The notes beneath the pieces were generated by a model. The model ran no database searches and had not been told where the DNA came from. It saw only the letters and a list, made by a program, of their open reading frames with translations. Shown here piece by piece: positions 9,901-18,046 of a stretch of DNA of 44,084 nucleotides. The stretch lies in the NCBI GenBank assembly GCA_963632005.1, contig CAVGTL010000001.1, forward strand, positions 1 to 44,084. The letters run 5' to 3'. This DNA comes from Succinivibrio sp. (GTDB lineage Bacteria > Bacillota > Clostridia > Peptostreptococcales > Anaerovoracaceae). Each line of letters starts with the position of its first letter. The first letter of the stretch is position 1. The position numbers were made by a program, and so were the translations under genes.

Positions 9901-11026
9901 CTTCTGCCTTGAGGTTTTCTTTTTCTTCAAGAAGCCTGTTCTGCTTGGATGCCAGATCAGCTTCCTTTTTCTTTTCTTTTTCAACAAGCGAATCTATTCC
10001 CGCCTTAAGCTTCATTTCCTTATTTTTAAGCTCAACAGCATCACTTTTTCGCAGAGAAGCCATTTCACTCTGCATGACATCATTCTTCGCCTCTATTTCT
10101 ATCTGCTCACGTTCAAGCTTACTGATTTTCTCCCTGCATTTACTAAGCTCTGTTTCACGATCACCTTTACTTTTGACCGCTTCCTTAAGCTTAATTTTTT
10201 CCCGTTCATGATCATTAGCCTTTTCATACAGAACAAGCTTATTATATTTTGAAAATACTTCATCTATATTAAGCGCCGCCCGGTATGCTTTTTCAGTGCT
10301 CTTGAGATTCATGCTGAGCTGGTCCATACTTTCTATGGCCTCAGACATCGGTCTGAGGTCATCGTCGGAAAGCGGCTGAAGAGAATCGCTGAGTATGTCG
10401 TTTATGACAGAAGGCTTGAAATCCTTCGAAAGCTTAGGCGTTCTGAGCTGTATCAGAAGGTCTATCATTTCCTTGTATTCATCAACAGTTCCAAATCCAA
10501 ATATATTGCGGTTCACATATTCCATGTATTCTGACTGCTTGCTGAACACTCTTCCGCCGTCACCGATGCGGTTTTCCAGCTCCTTCTTTGACAGCGGGAC
10601 CTTTTCACCGATATCTTTATACAGATAAAAGTCCTTTCCTATCCTGCGCCCGTCGCTCAGGCCAAAGTACCACTTATCGAGCTGCTTTCTTTTTTTAGCT
10701 TTTATCCCCATTCCTATAGTAAAATAAGTATCGCTGTCGCGGCGCTTAAATTCCAGATAAAGGTATCCTGTGCGTTCCTCGCGTTCATCATCCTCTTCAA
10801 GCAGATAGCTGCTCATCTTACGGTCGCGCGAACCGAACGGGTCAAGCCTCTCCGGACTCATATTTCCGTCAAGCAGCAGCGGCACTACGCTCTGCATCGT
10901 TACTGATTTTCCCGAACCGTTTGAGCCGCGGAGCAGCATCCTCCCGTTTACGAACGGAAACTCCTGCTCGTCATAATACCAGAAATTTATCAGTCCTGTT
11001 TTATTCGCCTGCCATCTGCTGTTCAT
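6911..11026 (-). CDS. jetC: Wadjet JetC-like SMC-family ATPase (TIGR02680-like)
   Basis: 1371 aa. Walker A GSNGSGKS is near the N-terminus. The FSGGEKA signature and LISLDEAFAGVD Walker B are near the C-terminus. They are separated by a very long K/E/L-rich coiled-coil region. GGAGG RBS precedes the ATG at 11026. Confidence 0.9.
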   Translation of the reverse strand: MNSRWQANKTGLINFWYYDEQEFPFVNGRMLLRGSNGSGKSVTMQSVVPLLLDGNMSPERLDPFGSRDRKMSSYLLEEDDEREERTGYLYLEFKRRDSDTYFTIGMGIKAKKRKQLDKWYFGLSDGRRIGKDFYLYKDIGEKVPLSKKELENRIGDGGRVFSKQSEYMEYVNRNIFGFGTVDEYKEMIDLLIQLRTPKLSKDFKPSVINDILSDSLQPLSDDDLRPMSEAIESMDQLSMNLKSTEKAYRAALNIDEVFSKYNKLVLYEKANDHEREKIKLKEAVKSKGDRETELSKCREKISKLEREQIEIEAKNDVMQSEMASLRKSDAVELKNKEMKLKAGIDSLVEKEKKKEADLASKQNRLLEEKENLKAEEDKQYEKKNEITKIIDNMNLDADIMSFVEHEFFCKELMAELEKTYKYDKHEELLNKLKGEIEKGKKILDELESLERLKDKQIQKRDECIRELNARQKKLNDIELMMTASENEWKEALIKWNSANKELVMEGPDIREMLSFADNYDLSSDFNTVRDRAADVRQVKKSALLNSIGKNRSEMEKLTEEKLSVEKELSEWQDMKDPEPPRSEAVLNNRKRLTELGIPYQEFYKVIEFGKTLDESECGKIEETLMRMGILDAVVIEEQYREKALAAAPGCADNYLFAGEPCEGKSLLDVLELNDEVNDLFSNQRLTGILRSISYNADGGGDAGSGVLSVSADGSFGMGVITGTVTGEHDAGFLGTKAREKKRQAMIEECRKRLEELSAEIAEFEKKNAELEKRKEILLSEYESLPNDADMKASAVMLRDAKNECAAQEALRQSLEDELSKMTTQLKAVKKNAVEASEKLGIQCSLDAFTEASEAATDYTHDLSQLKAKHEVYISSVSNIRVSKSRLNDIQSDIDTIRDEYSSAQRDLQRNKAEYESVLKQLEMTDYKEIKDRLDECSAWLKGYNELHGKCVGQLTEEEGKAERLKESIKEYSDKVDSCKANSEKLEKFYVKELELGYCEVPEELNGEASKIRNYLANDVKSLKKNDVLQELNNAYFENKADMSEYSLTQGELFSDLDDENDDPMHSPKRFDLSGRYDGVKISFKNLMTHLEEEIENIKSLIKKNDRNLFEEILANNVSRKIRGKINSSTAWVKKMNDLMGAMNTSSGLRLSLRWRSRTAEHEDQLDTRELVELLKKDYNIMSENESERLSLHFRSKIEEARRRASDDSGMVSFYQIMKETLDYRKWFEFQLFSQKNGEKQKELTNSVFGTFSGGEKAMAMYVPLFSAVVAKYQGGRGDAPRLISLDEAFAGVDNRNIRDMFRLMSEFEFDFIINSQVLWGDCDTLDALAIYQLVRPENAKFVTVMPYVWNGHSRELMDNETDVEMRGAELG

Positions 11027-12188
11027 CTGTTTCCTCCCCCGTTATGTCTCTATCCTCTGATGCGCTGTAATCCTCAGGGTAGCTGCCCTCTATCTTGCCT
11101 GCTGCCGGATATATCATCACCTGATGAGTCTTTCCATTTGTTCTTATAAACATCCAGCGTTCAAGTTCCTCTTTTACATCATTTACAAATTCACCATCGG
11201 GCAGTTCTCTGTAATTTTTTGTAAATCCCGAGCTGTATTTTTCCCTGATCTCTCTTATCATGTTGTCAAATTCAATAACATCAACACTGCATGTATCGTC
11301 AGCTGCAGTCTTCCAGACGCCGCTTTCCATACGCTGCCTTATTTCAGCGCAGCACATAAGTAATATGTCAGAAATAACATTATTTCCCGGGAATACCTCT
11401 CCCATATGGCATCCGTCACCGGATATAAGAAAGGCGCTTCCCCTGTGTATATTGACCCTGCAGTCAAACATGCGCTCCAGATTTTCCCTGAGATTATTTC
11501 CCTGATTCTTCAGATACTCAAAATCTTCGGGTGAACCGTCTGCGCGGTACATCCCCGGTGCAAACAGCAGCCTTTTATAAACACGCTGCCTGCGCGCTAT
11601 ACCTCTGTCCTCATCTATTTCGAACCATTCGCTCCTGCTGAAATCCTCAGGACGCGAAAATGACATAATATCATTTGAAAAATTACGCATAAAATACCTT
11701 GAGACACCTGTATTTTCATAAAGCACCTCACCTGTGAGATCATCTATAAAATCATCATCACGTCCGTCCGTCACTGCGATGATACCCTGCTTTACTGCAT
11801 AGCGCAGTACCTTTATAAGATAACGCCTGTTTTTGTAAAATGTCCAGTCGACCGGTTCCGACGGCATATTAGATGCTATATATTCTGTGAGCTGTGAAAG
11901 TATAAACTGCTCCTGAGCATCCTTGTCCTCAAGAAACATCAGCAGCACGCACAGATAAGCATATTCCTGATTCGTTGTAAAATCCCTTATTCCCATAAAG
12001 CTCTCAGGAATAGCAGGTATCTTTTCCATTTTTACGAGCATTGGATTTTCCATAATATAACATCCAAGCTTTTCAGATGAAAATTTTTTTATTTCGCCGA
12101 GCGCATCCCTTACTCGATAATACAGCTCCTTATCAGTCGACTTCAGTATCCATCGCCTGTTCAGGAGCAGTTCAAGTTCTTTTATCAT
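11001..12188 (-). CDS. jetB: Wadjet JetB-like subunit (DUF2398/TIGR02678-like)
   Basis: 395 aa, second gene of the operon. Its ATG overlaps the jetA TGA (ATGA at 12185-12188) and its 3' end overlaps jetC by 26 nt. The assignment rests on position, size and operon context, not on motifs. Confidence 0.7.
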   Translation of the reverse strand: MIKELELLLNRRWILKSTDKELYYRVRDALGEIKKFSSEKLGCYIMENPMLVKMEKIPAIPESFMGIRDFTTNQEYAYLCVLLMFLEDKDAQEQFILSQLTEYIASNMPSEPVDWTFYKNRRYLIKVLRYAVKQGIIAVTDGRDDDFIDDLTGEVLYENTGVSRYFMRNFSNDIMSFSRPEDFSRSEWFEIDEDRGIARRQRVYKRLLFAPGMYRADGSPEDFEYLKNQGNNLRENLERMFDCRVNIHRGSAFLISGDGCHMGEVFPGNNVISDILLMCCAEIRQRMESGVWKTAADDTCSVDVIEFDNMIREIREKYSSGFTKNYRELPDGEFVNDVKEELERWMFIRTNGKTHQVMIYPAAGKIEGSYPEDYSASEDRDITGEETDEQQMAGE

Positions 12189-13726
12189 ATTCCTTTATTT
12201 TCCTCCTGAAAAACTATTTCAAATTCAGGCATGGTAAAATTACCGTCTGTGCAGTGGACTACACATTTTTTATTCCTGTCCTCGCAAATGAGCTTATACG
12301 GTCTTCCGTTTTCCGTTTTGGCTGCCAGGTCAGCCGTCTCGAGTGCATCTGAAAGCCATTTCAGCAGTATTTCTCTTATATCCGGCTCTATTACAGGAAG
12401 CTTTGAAAATTCTATACGTCCGTCCTTTTCAAGTGCCGAGACCTTATCCATATCTTTTTTCTGCTTTTCAAGCATCCTGCGTCTGACTTCACGCTTCTTT
12501 TCGGTAGATGCAGTTATAGCGCTCCGCTTTGCTTTTTCTTTGTATGTTCGCACTCGCGGCTTGATAACGAGAGACATCGGCTTTTCATCATATACACTGC
12601 AGTTCATGCTGTCCGTTTCTCTTTCAGGGTCGCCTTCCAGATGATACGGCCTCTCTATGCCAAATACCATGGCTGACATTCTATGCGCTTCATTTATATC
12701 GCTGCATCTGAGAAATATTTCCGCAACTTTTCTGTATTCTTCGCGTCTGTTCGCTCCGAGAGCATTCTTTTCGCTCAGCTGAACGGCATAACGTGTTATT
12801 TTCCTTATTATGTCATTTGTAGCATCAAACAGTCTGGCTGCTTCATTCTCGCGTCCGTCCTGTGCTACGAACCATTCGTATATACTCATGTAACGCCCGC
12901 GCACTCTGTTCTCTATGAGCTCACGTGATATTGCGGCATCCATCCTCGGTATCTGAAGCTCGTGCTCCGTAATTTTTTCTATAATACGCTCGCGCATATC
13001 AGCATCTATGCGTTTAAGCTCTTCTTCTATAACTCCTACATTACGCTGCAGGCTCTTTATGAAATTACGCAGATAATCTGTCAGATGATCCTTGAATACC
13101 ATAAACGCCTTCGTACGCATCATCTCTTCAGCCTTTACGCTGTTAAGGTCGCGCATATAGTCCTGGTAATTCTGGTTCAAGCTCATAAAATCTTTATTAA
13201 GATCATTCCACAGAGAGTATGCCTCATCATCATTCATACCATCGATCTCAGCCAGCTTGCCTGCATTCAGACGTATACGTTCAAGCAGAGTCGGTTCAAG
13301 CGACGCACCTTCTATGAAAAGGTTTTCCAGCCTGAGTACAAGACGCTCTATCTCTACACTGTACTCCGACATCTGATATCTGAATTTCTTATTCTTAAAT
13401 TCTTCTATCGACGATACCCTTCTCGTATCCTGCATTGCATCCAGATTTTTCCATTCAGTCAGCATTGCAAGATCCTGCTGACACTGCTCCGGCCTGTAAT
13501 CCTTAAAATACGGATCCTTTATCATCTCATCGTAAACTTCTTCCTGATACATCCAGTAGTGAAGTCTCTCGTAATTTTCAAAAAATATCCGCATTATACA
13601 GCGATACCTGTCAGCATTTTCTGCATTCAGGTATTTAGCTTCCGTCAGTGGCTTTAAAAGCTTTTCTGTTACTCTCAAATACCCTTTCCCCCATAATTTA
13701 GAATTTTTAGATTTCTTAAATCTCAC
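12185..13726 (-). CDS. jetA: Wadjet JetA-like subunit (DUF2397/TIGR02677-like)
   Basis: 513-aa ORF, first gene of the operon. The true start may be the TTG at 13678, preceded by GGGGGAAAGGG, because the putative -10 element lies only about 13 nt upstream of the 13726 ATG. The assignment rests on position, size and context. Confidence 0.7.
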   Translation of the reverse strand: MRFKKSKNSKLWGKGYLRVTEKLLKPLTEAKYLNAENADRYRCIMRIFFENYERLHYWMYQEEVYDEMIKDPYFKDYRPEQCQQDLAMLTEWKNLDAMQDTRRVSSIEEFKNKKFRYQMSEYSVEIERLVLRLENLFIEGASLEPTLLERIRLNAGKLAEIDGMNDDEAYSLWNDLNKDFMSLNQNYQDYMRDLNSVKAEEMMRTKAFMVFKDHLTDYLRNFIKSLQRNVGVIEEELKRIDADMRERIIEKITEHELQIPRMDAAISRELIENRVRGRYMSIYEWFVAQDGRENEAARLFDATNDIIRKITRYAVQLSEKNALGANRREEYRKVAEIFLRCSDINEAHRMSAMVFGIERPYHLEGDPERETDSMNCSVYDEKPMSLVIKPRVRTYKEKAKRSAITASTEKKREVRRRMLEKQKKDMDKVSALEKDGRIEFSKLPVIEPDIREILLKWLSDALETADLAAKTENGRPYKLICEDRNKKCVVHCTDGNFTMPEFEIVFQEENKGI

Positions 13727-13738
13727 ATATATATCAAT

Positions 13739-13767
13739 ATTTTACCTTTTAAATACAATATTGGCAA
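13739..13767 (-). promoter_or_regulatory. candidate promoter of the jet operon
   Basis: Read on the minus strand: TTGCCA, a 17-nt spacer, then TAAAAT. The surrounding sequence is AT-rich, so hits like this are not very specific. Confidence 0.3.
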
Positions 13768-13840
13768 CATTCCGCCTTCAAAATCGTAATTTTTTTCATT
13801 TTCTGAAAGTGTATTATACTATATAAAATAACCTGACATT

Positions 13841-13874
13841 AAAATCGGACCTGCTTGCACGCGCTGCAGGTCCG
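13841..13874 (-). terminator. terminator downstream of the Crp/Fnr gene
   Basis: Hairpin CGGACCTGC / GCAGGTCCG spans 13846-13874, with a short T-run on the minus strand. Confidence 0.5.
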
Positions 13875-13914
13875 GTTTCATATTTTCAAACACAATATTA
13901 TTATTTATTTTTTC

Positions 13915-14679
13915 TTACAGATACATTTCCAGACCATCCTGATCAGTAACGACTATGCGTCTGCCATCCAATCGTATCAGACCCTCTGCCTGCATCTTTC
14001 CAAGCTCGCGTGAGAGTGACGGGCGCGTCACGCCCATGTAGTCCGCCATGGCCTCGCGGCTCATTTCAGCGCCCACGCTGCCGTCGGCGAGCTCTCTTTC
14101 AAGTATAAAGCGCGCAGCTTTTTCTCTGATGCTCGGACTCGCAAGCACCTGTATCCTGCTACTCAGCATATATGCCTTTTGCGACAGGAGCGCCAGCATA
14201 TTTCTTACCATTATATAGTCAGCTGCGCCGGTGCTCCCGTTCTGTAAGCCTGAACCGCATGCTCCGTCATCAGGCGCAACATCGGACACGGAAAATTGCG
14301 AAAACATGTCACCTGACATAACGATGACCTGCGAATTCTCGACCGCTCTTGTACAGATTTTGTACGGCATACCAAGAAACAGATACACCTCACCGAAAAT
14401 ATCACCGTACTCCTCTATTTCTTCAACAAGTATGCTCCGCCCTGACAGCGTCACGCGCGATATCCCGATGCTCCCGCTCACAAGTATATACATCGCCTGC
14501 GGCGATGCTCCCTCATGAAATATATATTCGCCCTTATTAATGCTCCTGAGCCGCAGCGTCCCCGCTGCCATTGCTCCCGTACAGAAAGCGCGTATCTCTT
14601 CATCGCTCATTCCACGGCAGAGCACGCAATTTTCCAGTGCTTTTATTATTTTTTCTGTAATATTTTCCATTTTATCCAT
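13915..14679 (-). CDS. Crp/Fnr family transcriptional regulator
   Basis: An N-terminal cNMP-binding-like region (GEYIFHEGASPQAMYILVSG, FGE) and a C-terminal HTH (REAMADYMGVTRPSLSRELGKMQAEGLI). Confidence 0.8.
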   Translation of the reverse strand: MDKMENITEKIIKALENCVLCRGMSDEEIRAFCTGAMAAGTLRLRSINKGEYIFHEGASPQAMYILVSGSIGISRVTLSGRSILVEEIEEYGDIFGEVYLFLGMPYKICTRAVENSQVIVMSGDMFSQFSVSDVAPDDGACGSGLQNGSTGAADYIMVRNMLALLSQKAYMLSSRIQVLASPSIREKAARFILERELADGSVGAEMSREAMADYMGVTRPSLSRELGKMQAEGLIRLDGRRIVVTDQDGLEMYL

Positions 14680-14767
14680 TTTCGTCTTTGCAGCCGCCGG
14701 GCAACTCCGCGTGCTTTAAGGTATTACATTCGTTATTTTAAAGCTATTTTACCATGTTTTCCGGGAA

Positions 14768-15820
14768 TTACGCCATCTGCATGATATTAAGAAGTATCAG
14801 CCAGGACAGACCGTAATACGCCATGACTGCGACGAGGTCATTTACAGTCGTGATAAGAGGACCTGAAGCTACTGCCGGGTCTATACCGACCTTCTTAAAG
14901 AATACAGGGATGACCGTGCCTGATAAAGACGATGCCGCCATCGCAAGCACCATGGCTGTTCCGAGGCAGCCCGATACCGCAAAAGAAAATACAGCAGAGT
15001 TTCCCTTCACGCACAGGTATCCGCCTATCGCTATGAAAGACAGTATTCCAAGTATCACGCCGTTCAGCATGCCTACGCGTATTTCCTTCCATATGAGCGC
15101 CAGCTTCTGCCTGTGGCCTACGCTGCTGTCCATCAGAACGCGGATAGCCACCGCAAGCGACTGAGTTCCAACGTTTCCTGCCATATCGAGCACGAGCGAC
15201 TGAAAACACATTATTACAGGCAGCTGCGCGACAACTGATTCAAAAAGTCCGACTGTCGCCGAAACTCCCAGACCGAGCACTAAAAGCACAAACAGCCACG
15301 GTATCCTCTTTTTTACACTTCTGGAAACCGGTTCAGCAAGGTCCTCCTCTGAGGAAAGACCACCCAGCTTTGCGTAGTCATCGCTTAATTCGTCATCAAG
15401 TATTTCTATAAAATCATTCGCTGTAACAACGCCGACAAGCCTGTTGTCACTATTCAGAACAGGTACAGATTCTTCGGAATATTCTCTGAGAAGCGGGATG
15501 CATTCCTCGATATCCGCATTTGCATATAAATAAGGGTACGATGATACGATTATTCCTGAAAGCGGCTCGCCGTCTCTTGCAATGATAAGGTCCTTCAGAT
15601 CTATCGCTCCGCAAAATCTGTCCTCATTATCCGTAACATAAATTACAGAAATATTGTCATTTTCCGCAGCCTGGCTGACGAGCGCAGACATCGCTTCTTT
15701 TATAGATGCATTCTCCGAAACAGAAATAAAATTAGCAGACATCCTGCTGCCTATCTCAGAAAAAGCATAGTTCACTTCATTAGCTAATGCATTGATATTG
15801 ATATTCTTGTTGTTCTTCAT
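14768..15820 (-). CDS. mgtE: magnesium transporter MgtE (short form, little or no MgtE_N domain)
   Basis: A CBS-pair-like region is followed by a TM domain with MgtE-typical DMAGNVGTQS and DPAVASGPLITTVNDL. I moved the start to the ATG at 15820 because AAGGAGG lies 7-8 nt upstream. Confidence 0.85.
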   Translation of the reverse strand: MKNNKNININALANEVNYAFSEIGSRMSANFISVSENASIKEAMSALVSQAAENDNISVIYVTDNEDRFCGAIDLKDLIIARDGEPLSGIIVSSYPYLYANADIEECIPLLREYSEESVPVLNSDNRLVGVVTANDFIEILDDELSDDYAKLGGLSSEEDLAEPVSRSVKKRIPWLFVLLVLGLGVSATVGLFESVVAQLPVIMCFQSLVLDMAGNVGTQSLAVAIRVLMDSSVGHRQKLALIWKEIRVGMLNGVILGILSFIAIGGYLCVKGNSAVFSFAVSGCLGTAMVLAMAASSLSGTVIPVFFKKVGIDPAVASGPLITTVNDLVAVMAYYGLSWLILLNIMQMA

Positions 15821-15930
15821 TGTTTTTGCCTCCTTTACAAAATATGTAAGAGCAGGCGTGCAGAAAAAGCCGACTATCAACGGCGCTTAAAAATCACACT
15901 GCTACTAAAGCCACATAACAGTGCTTCAAC

Positions 15931-16235
15931 TGAAAAATTGCATTGCGGCTAAAGCCGCGCAATTTCTGTATGAGACCTGCGTGCCGTATCAGAGATACGG
16001 GCAGGGCTTCAAAAGGCATAAAAATACCATTGTCAGTCGCGGCTAAACATCTGCACAGCCCGTACAGTGTCCTGCCGAAGCAAACTAAACAATGGCACTC
16101 GAATATTTACAGAAAGCTCTCGCGAGCCGCGAGCCGAGATACAGACAGCACACAGGCACACGCATTCTGTCCATACAGGAATGCCATGATATTCTGTTTG
16201 CAACTGCAACAACTACCGTCCATATTCTCACCTCA
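15931..16235 (-). promoter_or_regulatory. candidate M-box (ykoK-type Mg2+) riboswitch leader of mgtE
   Basis: Minus-strand CCTGTATGGACAGAATGCGTGTGCC (16179-16155) closely resembles CCUGUAUGGAGAUACGCUGCUGCC of the B. subtilis mgtE M-box as I recall it. A long-range partner GGTCTCATACAG (15977-15966) can close the helix. Immediately 3' lies the terminator hairpin TTGCGCGGC/GCCGCAA plus a U-run (15931-15962). Confidence 0.45.
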
Positions 16236-16236
16236 C

Positions 16237-16266
16237 ATTTTAATTTACATTTAATAGATCTAACAA
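16237..16266 (-). promoter_or_regulatory. candidate promoter for the mgtE leader
   Basis: Read on the minus strand: TTGTTA, an 18-nt spacer, then TAAAAT, just upstream of the leader. Confidence 0.3.
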
Positions 16267-16492
16267 ATAATCGATCTGCCGTATCGTTACTATTTCCTGA
16301 CCGACCACGACCGACCGTTCAACAAAAGACATTCCGCGACAAGACCTCGGCTATTTTACTACTTAAAAAATTTTATTGCAACCCGAATGTTTAAGATTTC
16401 ACAAAGAATTTACATTTTCCTCACATAAATACCCTGTAAATATATTTTTCATATTAATATCGCCTATCCTCTCGCGCGCCCGGCGCGCACAC

Positions 16493-16594
16493 TCAAACAT
16501 GCGTATTATTGGAATTTATTCACTATTCAAACCTGCGTATTGTCGGAATTTATCGCATTTTCAAACTTGCGTATTATCATTTTCTGATATAATA
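16493..16594 (+). repeat. three tandem 34-bp direct repeats upstream of the AAA ATPase gene
   Basis: Copies start at 16493, 16527 and 16561. The core is TCAAAC-N-TGCGTATT. Copies 1 and 2 also share GGAATTTAT. The third copy runs into GATATAAT and the RBS. Confidence 0.8.
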
Positions 16595-16616
16595 TTACCT
16601 TAAGGAGGCAACTGCA

Positions 16617-17975
16617 ATGCTGTTTAAACGAAAAATATACGATAAATTCCTCGCATGGAAAAACAACGCCAACGGCAAAAAAGCCCTGCTCGTAGAGGGT
16701 GCGCGCCGCATCGGAAAATCTACAATAGTGGAAAATTTCGCCCAAAATGAATACAAAAGCTATATACTCATAGACTTTGCAATAGCGTCAGAAAATATAA
16801 AACAATATTTCAATCTGTATCTCAACGATCTCGATACATTCTTTATGCTGCTTTCAATACAATACGGAGTTCAACTGTACCCACGCGAAAGCGTTATCAT
16901 TTTTGACGAGGTCCAGCTGTTTCCAAAGGCACGCGAAGCAATCAAATATCTCGTTGCAGACGGCAGATATGACTTTATTGAGACAGGCTCTCTCATATCC
17001 ATAAAAGAAAACGTACAGAATATAGTTATCCCTTCCGAAGAACGACAGATAAAAATGTACCCTATGGATTTTGAGGAATTCTGCTGGGCGCTCAACGAAG
17101 CTCCCCTCATCGCATATATCCGCGATTGCTTTGATAAAAAAATACCGTTGGAGCGCGGCATCCACGAAAAAGCCATGCTCCTTTTCAAACAGTATATTTT
17201 AATCGGCGGCATGCCTATGAGTACTGCCGCGTTTTTGGAAAATCACAGGGATTTTGGCAGAGCCGATCTGGAAAAACGGGATATCCTCTCACTCTACAGA
17301 AATGACATCATGAAGATAAATGCACAGTATCGTTCAAAAGTCATGACGATATTCGACCAGATCCCCGGTCTGCTGTCGCGCCATGAAAAAAGAGTCGTCT
17401 TCAACCGCATAGACAAGGGCTCTTCAGCCGAACAATATGAAGAAACATTTTTCTGGCTCTCAAACTCAATGATAACAAACGAGTGCAGACGCGCAAATGA
17501 CCCAAACGTCGGACTTTCGCTGAACGAATCTGACACGTATATAAAATGCTATATGGGTGACACCGGCCTGCTCGTCAGCCATGCCTTTGATGAAAACGAG
17601 CTGCTTGAGGACGAAGTCTACAAACAGATAATCAACGGCAAGCTAGGCCTTAATGAAGGAATGCTCTACGAAAACGCAATAGCGCAGATGCTGACCGCCA
17701 ACGGCCACCGCCTTTTCTTCTACACACACTACAACGCAGAAAAAAAACGCAATGACATAGAGATAGACTTCATAATATCAAACAACAGCAAACTCCAATA
17801 CAAAATATACCCTATAGAGGTAAAATCAGGCATAAAATACTCAACAACATCGCTCCTGCGCTTCAAAGAAAAATACAACGACCGCATCGGCTGCTGCTAC
17901 ATCATCCATCCTAAGAACCTGTCAATAAAAGACGACATCATCTGCATCCCGCCGTATATGACTATATGCCTTTAG
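16617..17975 (+). CDS. AAA-family ATPase of the COG1373 type (AAA_14 + DUF4143-like)
   Basis: Walker A GARRIGKST and Walker B IIFDEVQ. The size and C-terminal pattern are typical of DUF4143 proteins as I recall them. AAGGAGG RBS present. Confidence 0.75.
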   Translation: MLFKRKIYDKFLAWKNNANGKKALLVEGARRIGKSTIVENFAQNEYKSYILIDFAIASENIKQYFNLYLNDLDTFFMLLSIQYGVQLYPRESVIIFDEVQLFPKAREAIKYLVADGRYDFIETGSLISIKENVQNIVIPSEERQIKMYPMDFEEFCWALNEAPLIAYIRDCFDKKIPLERGIHEKAMLLFKQYILIGGMPMSTAAFLENHRDFGRADLEKRDILSLYRNDIMKINAQYRSKVMTIFDQIPGLLSRHEKRVVFNRIDKGSSAEQYEETFFWLSNSMITNECRRANDPNVGLSLNESDTYIKCYMGDTGLLVSHAFDENELLEDEVYKQIINGKLGLNEGMLYENAIAQMLTANGHRLFFYTHYNAEKKRNDIEIDFIISNNSKLQYKIYPIEVKSGIKYSTTSLLRFKEKYNDRIGCCYIIHPKNLSIKDDIICIPPYMTICL

Positions 17976-17990
17976 GTGCAGAATATAAAA

Positions 17991-18030
17991 CTTCCCGGAC
18001 AGCCATCATGCCATCCGGGAAGTTTATTTT
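17991..18030. terminator. bidirectional terminator (left copy of the island-flanking repeat)
   Basis: Hairpin CTTCCCGGA / TCCGGGAAG followed by TTTATTTT, with an A-run upstream. Confidence 0.75.
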
Positions 18031-18046
18031 ATCTATTGATATTCAT

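Noticed and set aside
12962-13657. 231-aa plus-strand ORF, and the many similar antisense ORFs (for example 787-1302, 2697-3047, 7656-7988, 9798-10211, 26496-26912, 27114-27524, 41879-42349)
   Set aside because: All lie antisense to, or out of frame within, long well-supported genes. Their translations are low-complexity (S/L/F/I-rich) mirror images of K/E-rich or repeat-rich coding strands. They lack ribosome-binding sites.
5659-13726. The four-gene SMC/Toprim operon as the undescribed system
   Set aside because: Its gene order, sizes and motifs fit type II Wadjet (JetABCD), which is already described. I kept it as a finding for context only.
16226-16240. GAGGTGAG on the minus strand as the canonical GGUGAGG start of the M-box
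   Set aside because: It is separated from the well-matching CCUGUAUGG core by about 45 nt, so I cannot tell whether it is part of P1 or coincidental. I included it only as the outer limit of the leader.
15943-16394. Two overlapping plus-strand ORFs (103 and 100 aa) upstream of mgtE
   Set aside because: They fall on the opposite strand of the candidate M-box leader and promoter. They have no RBS and no motifs.
16493-16594. Possible CRISPR array (regularly spaced repeats)
   Set aside because: There are only three degenerate copies, with no distinct repeat/spacer organisation and no cas genes in the window. The repeats overlap a promoter and RBS, so they look like operator or iteron-type repeats instead.
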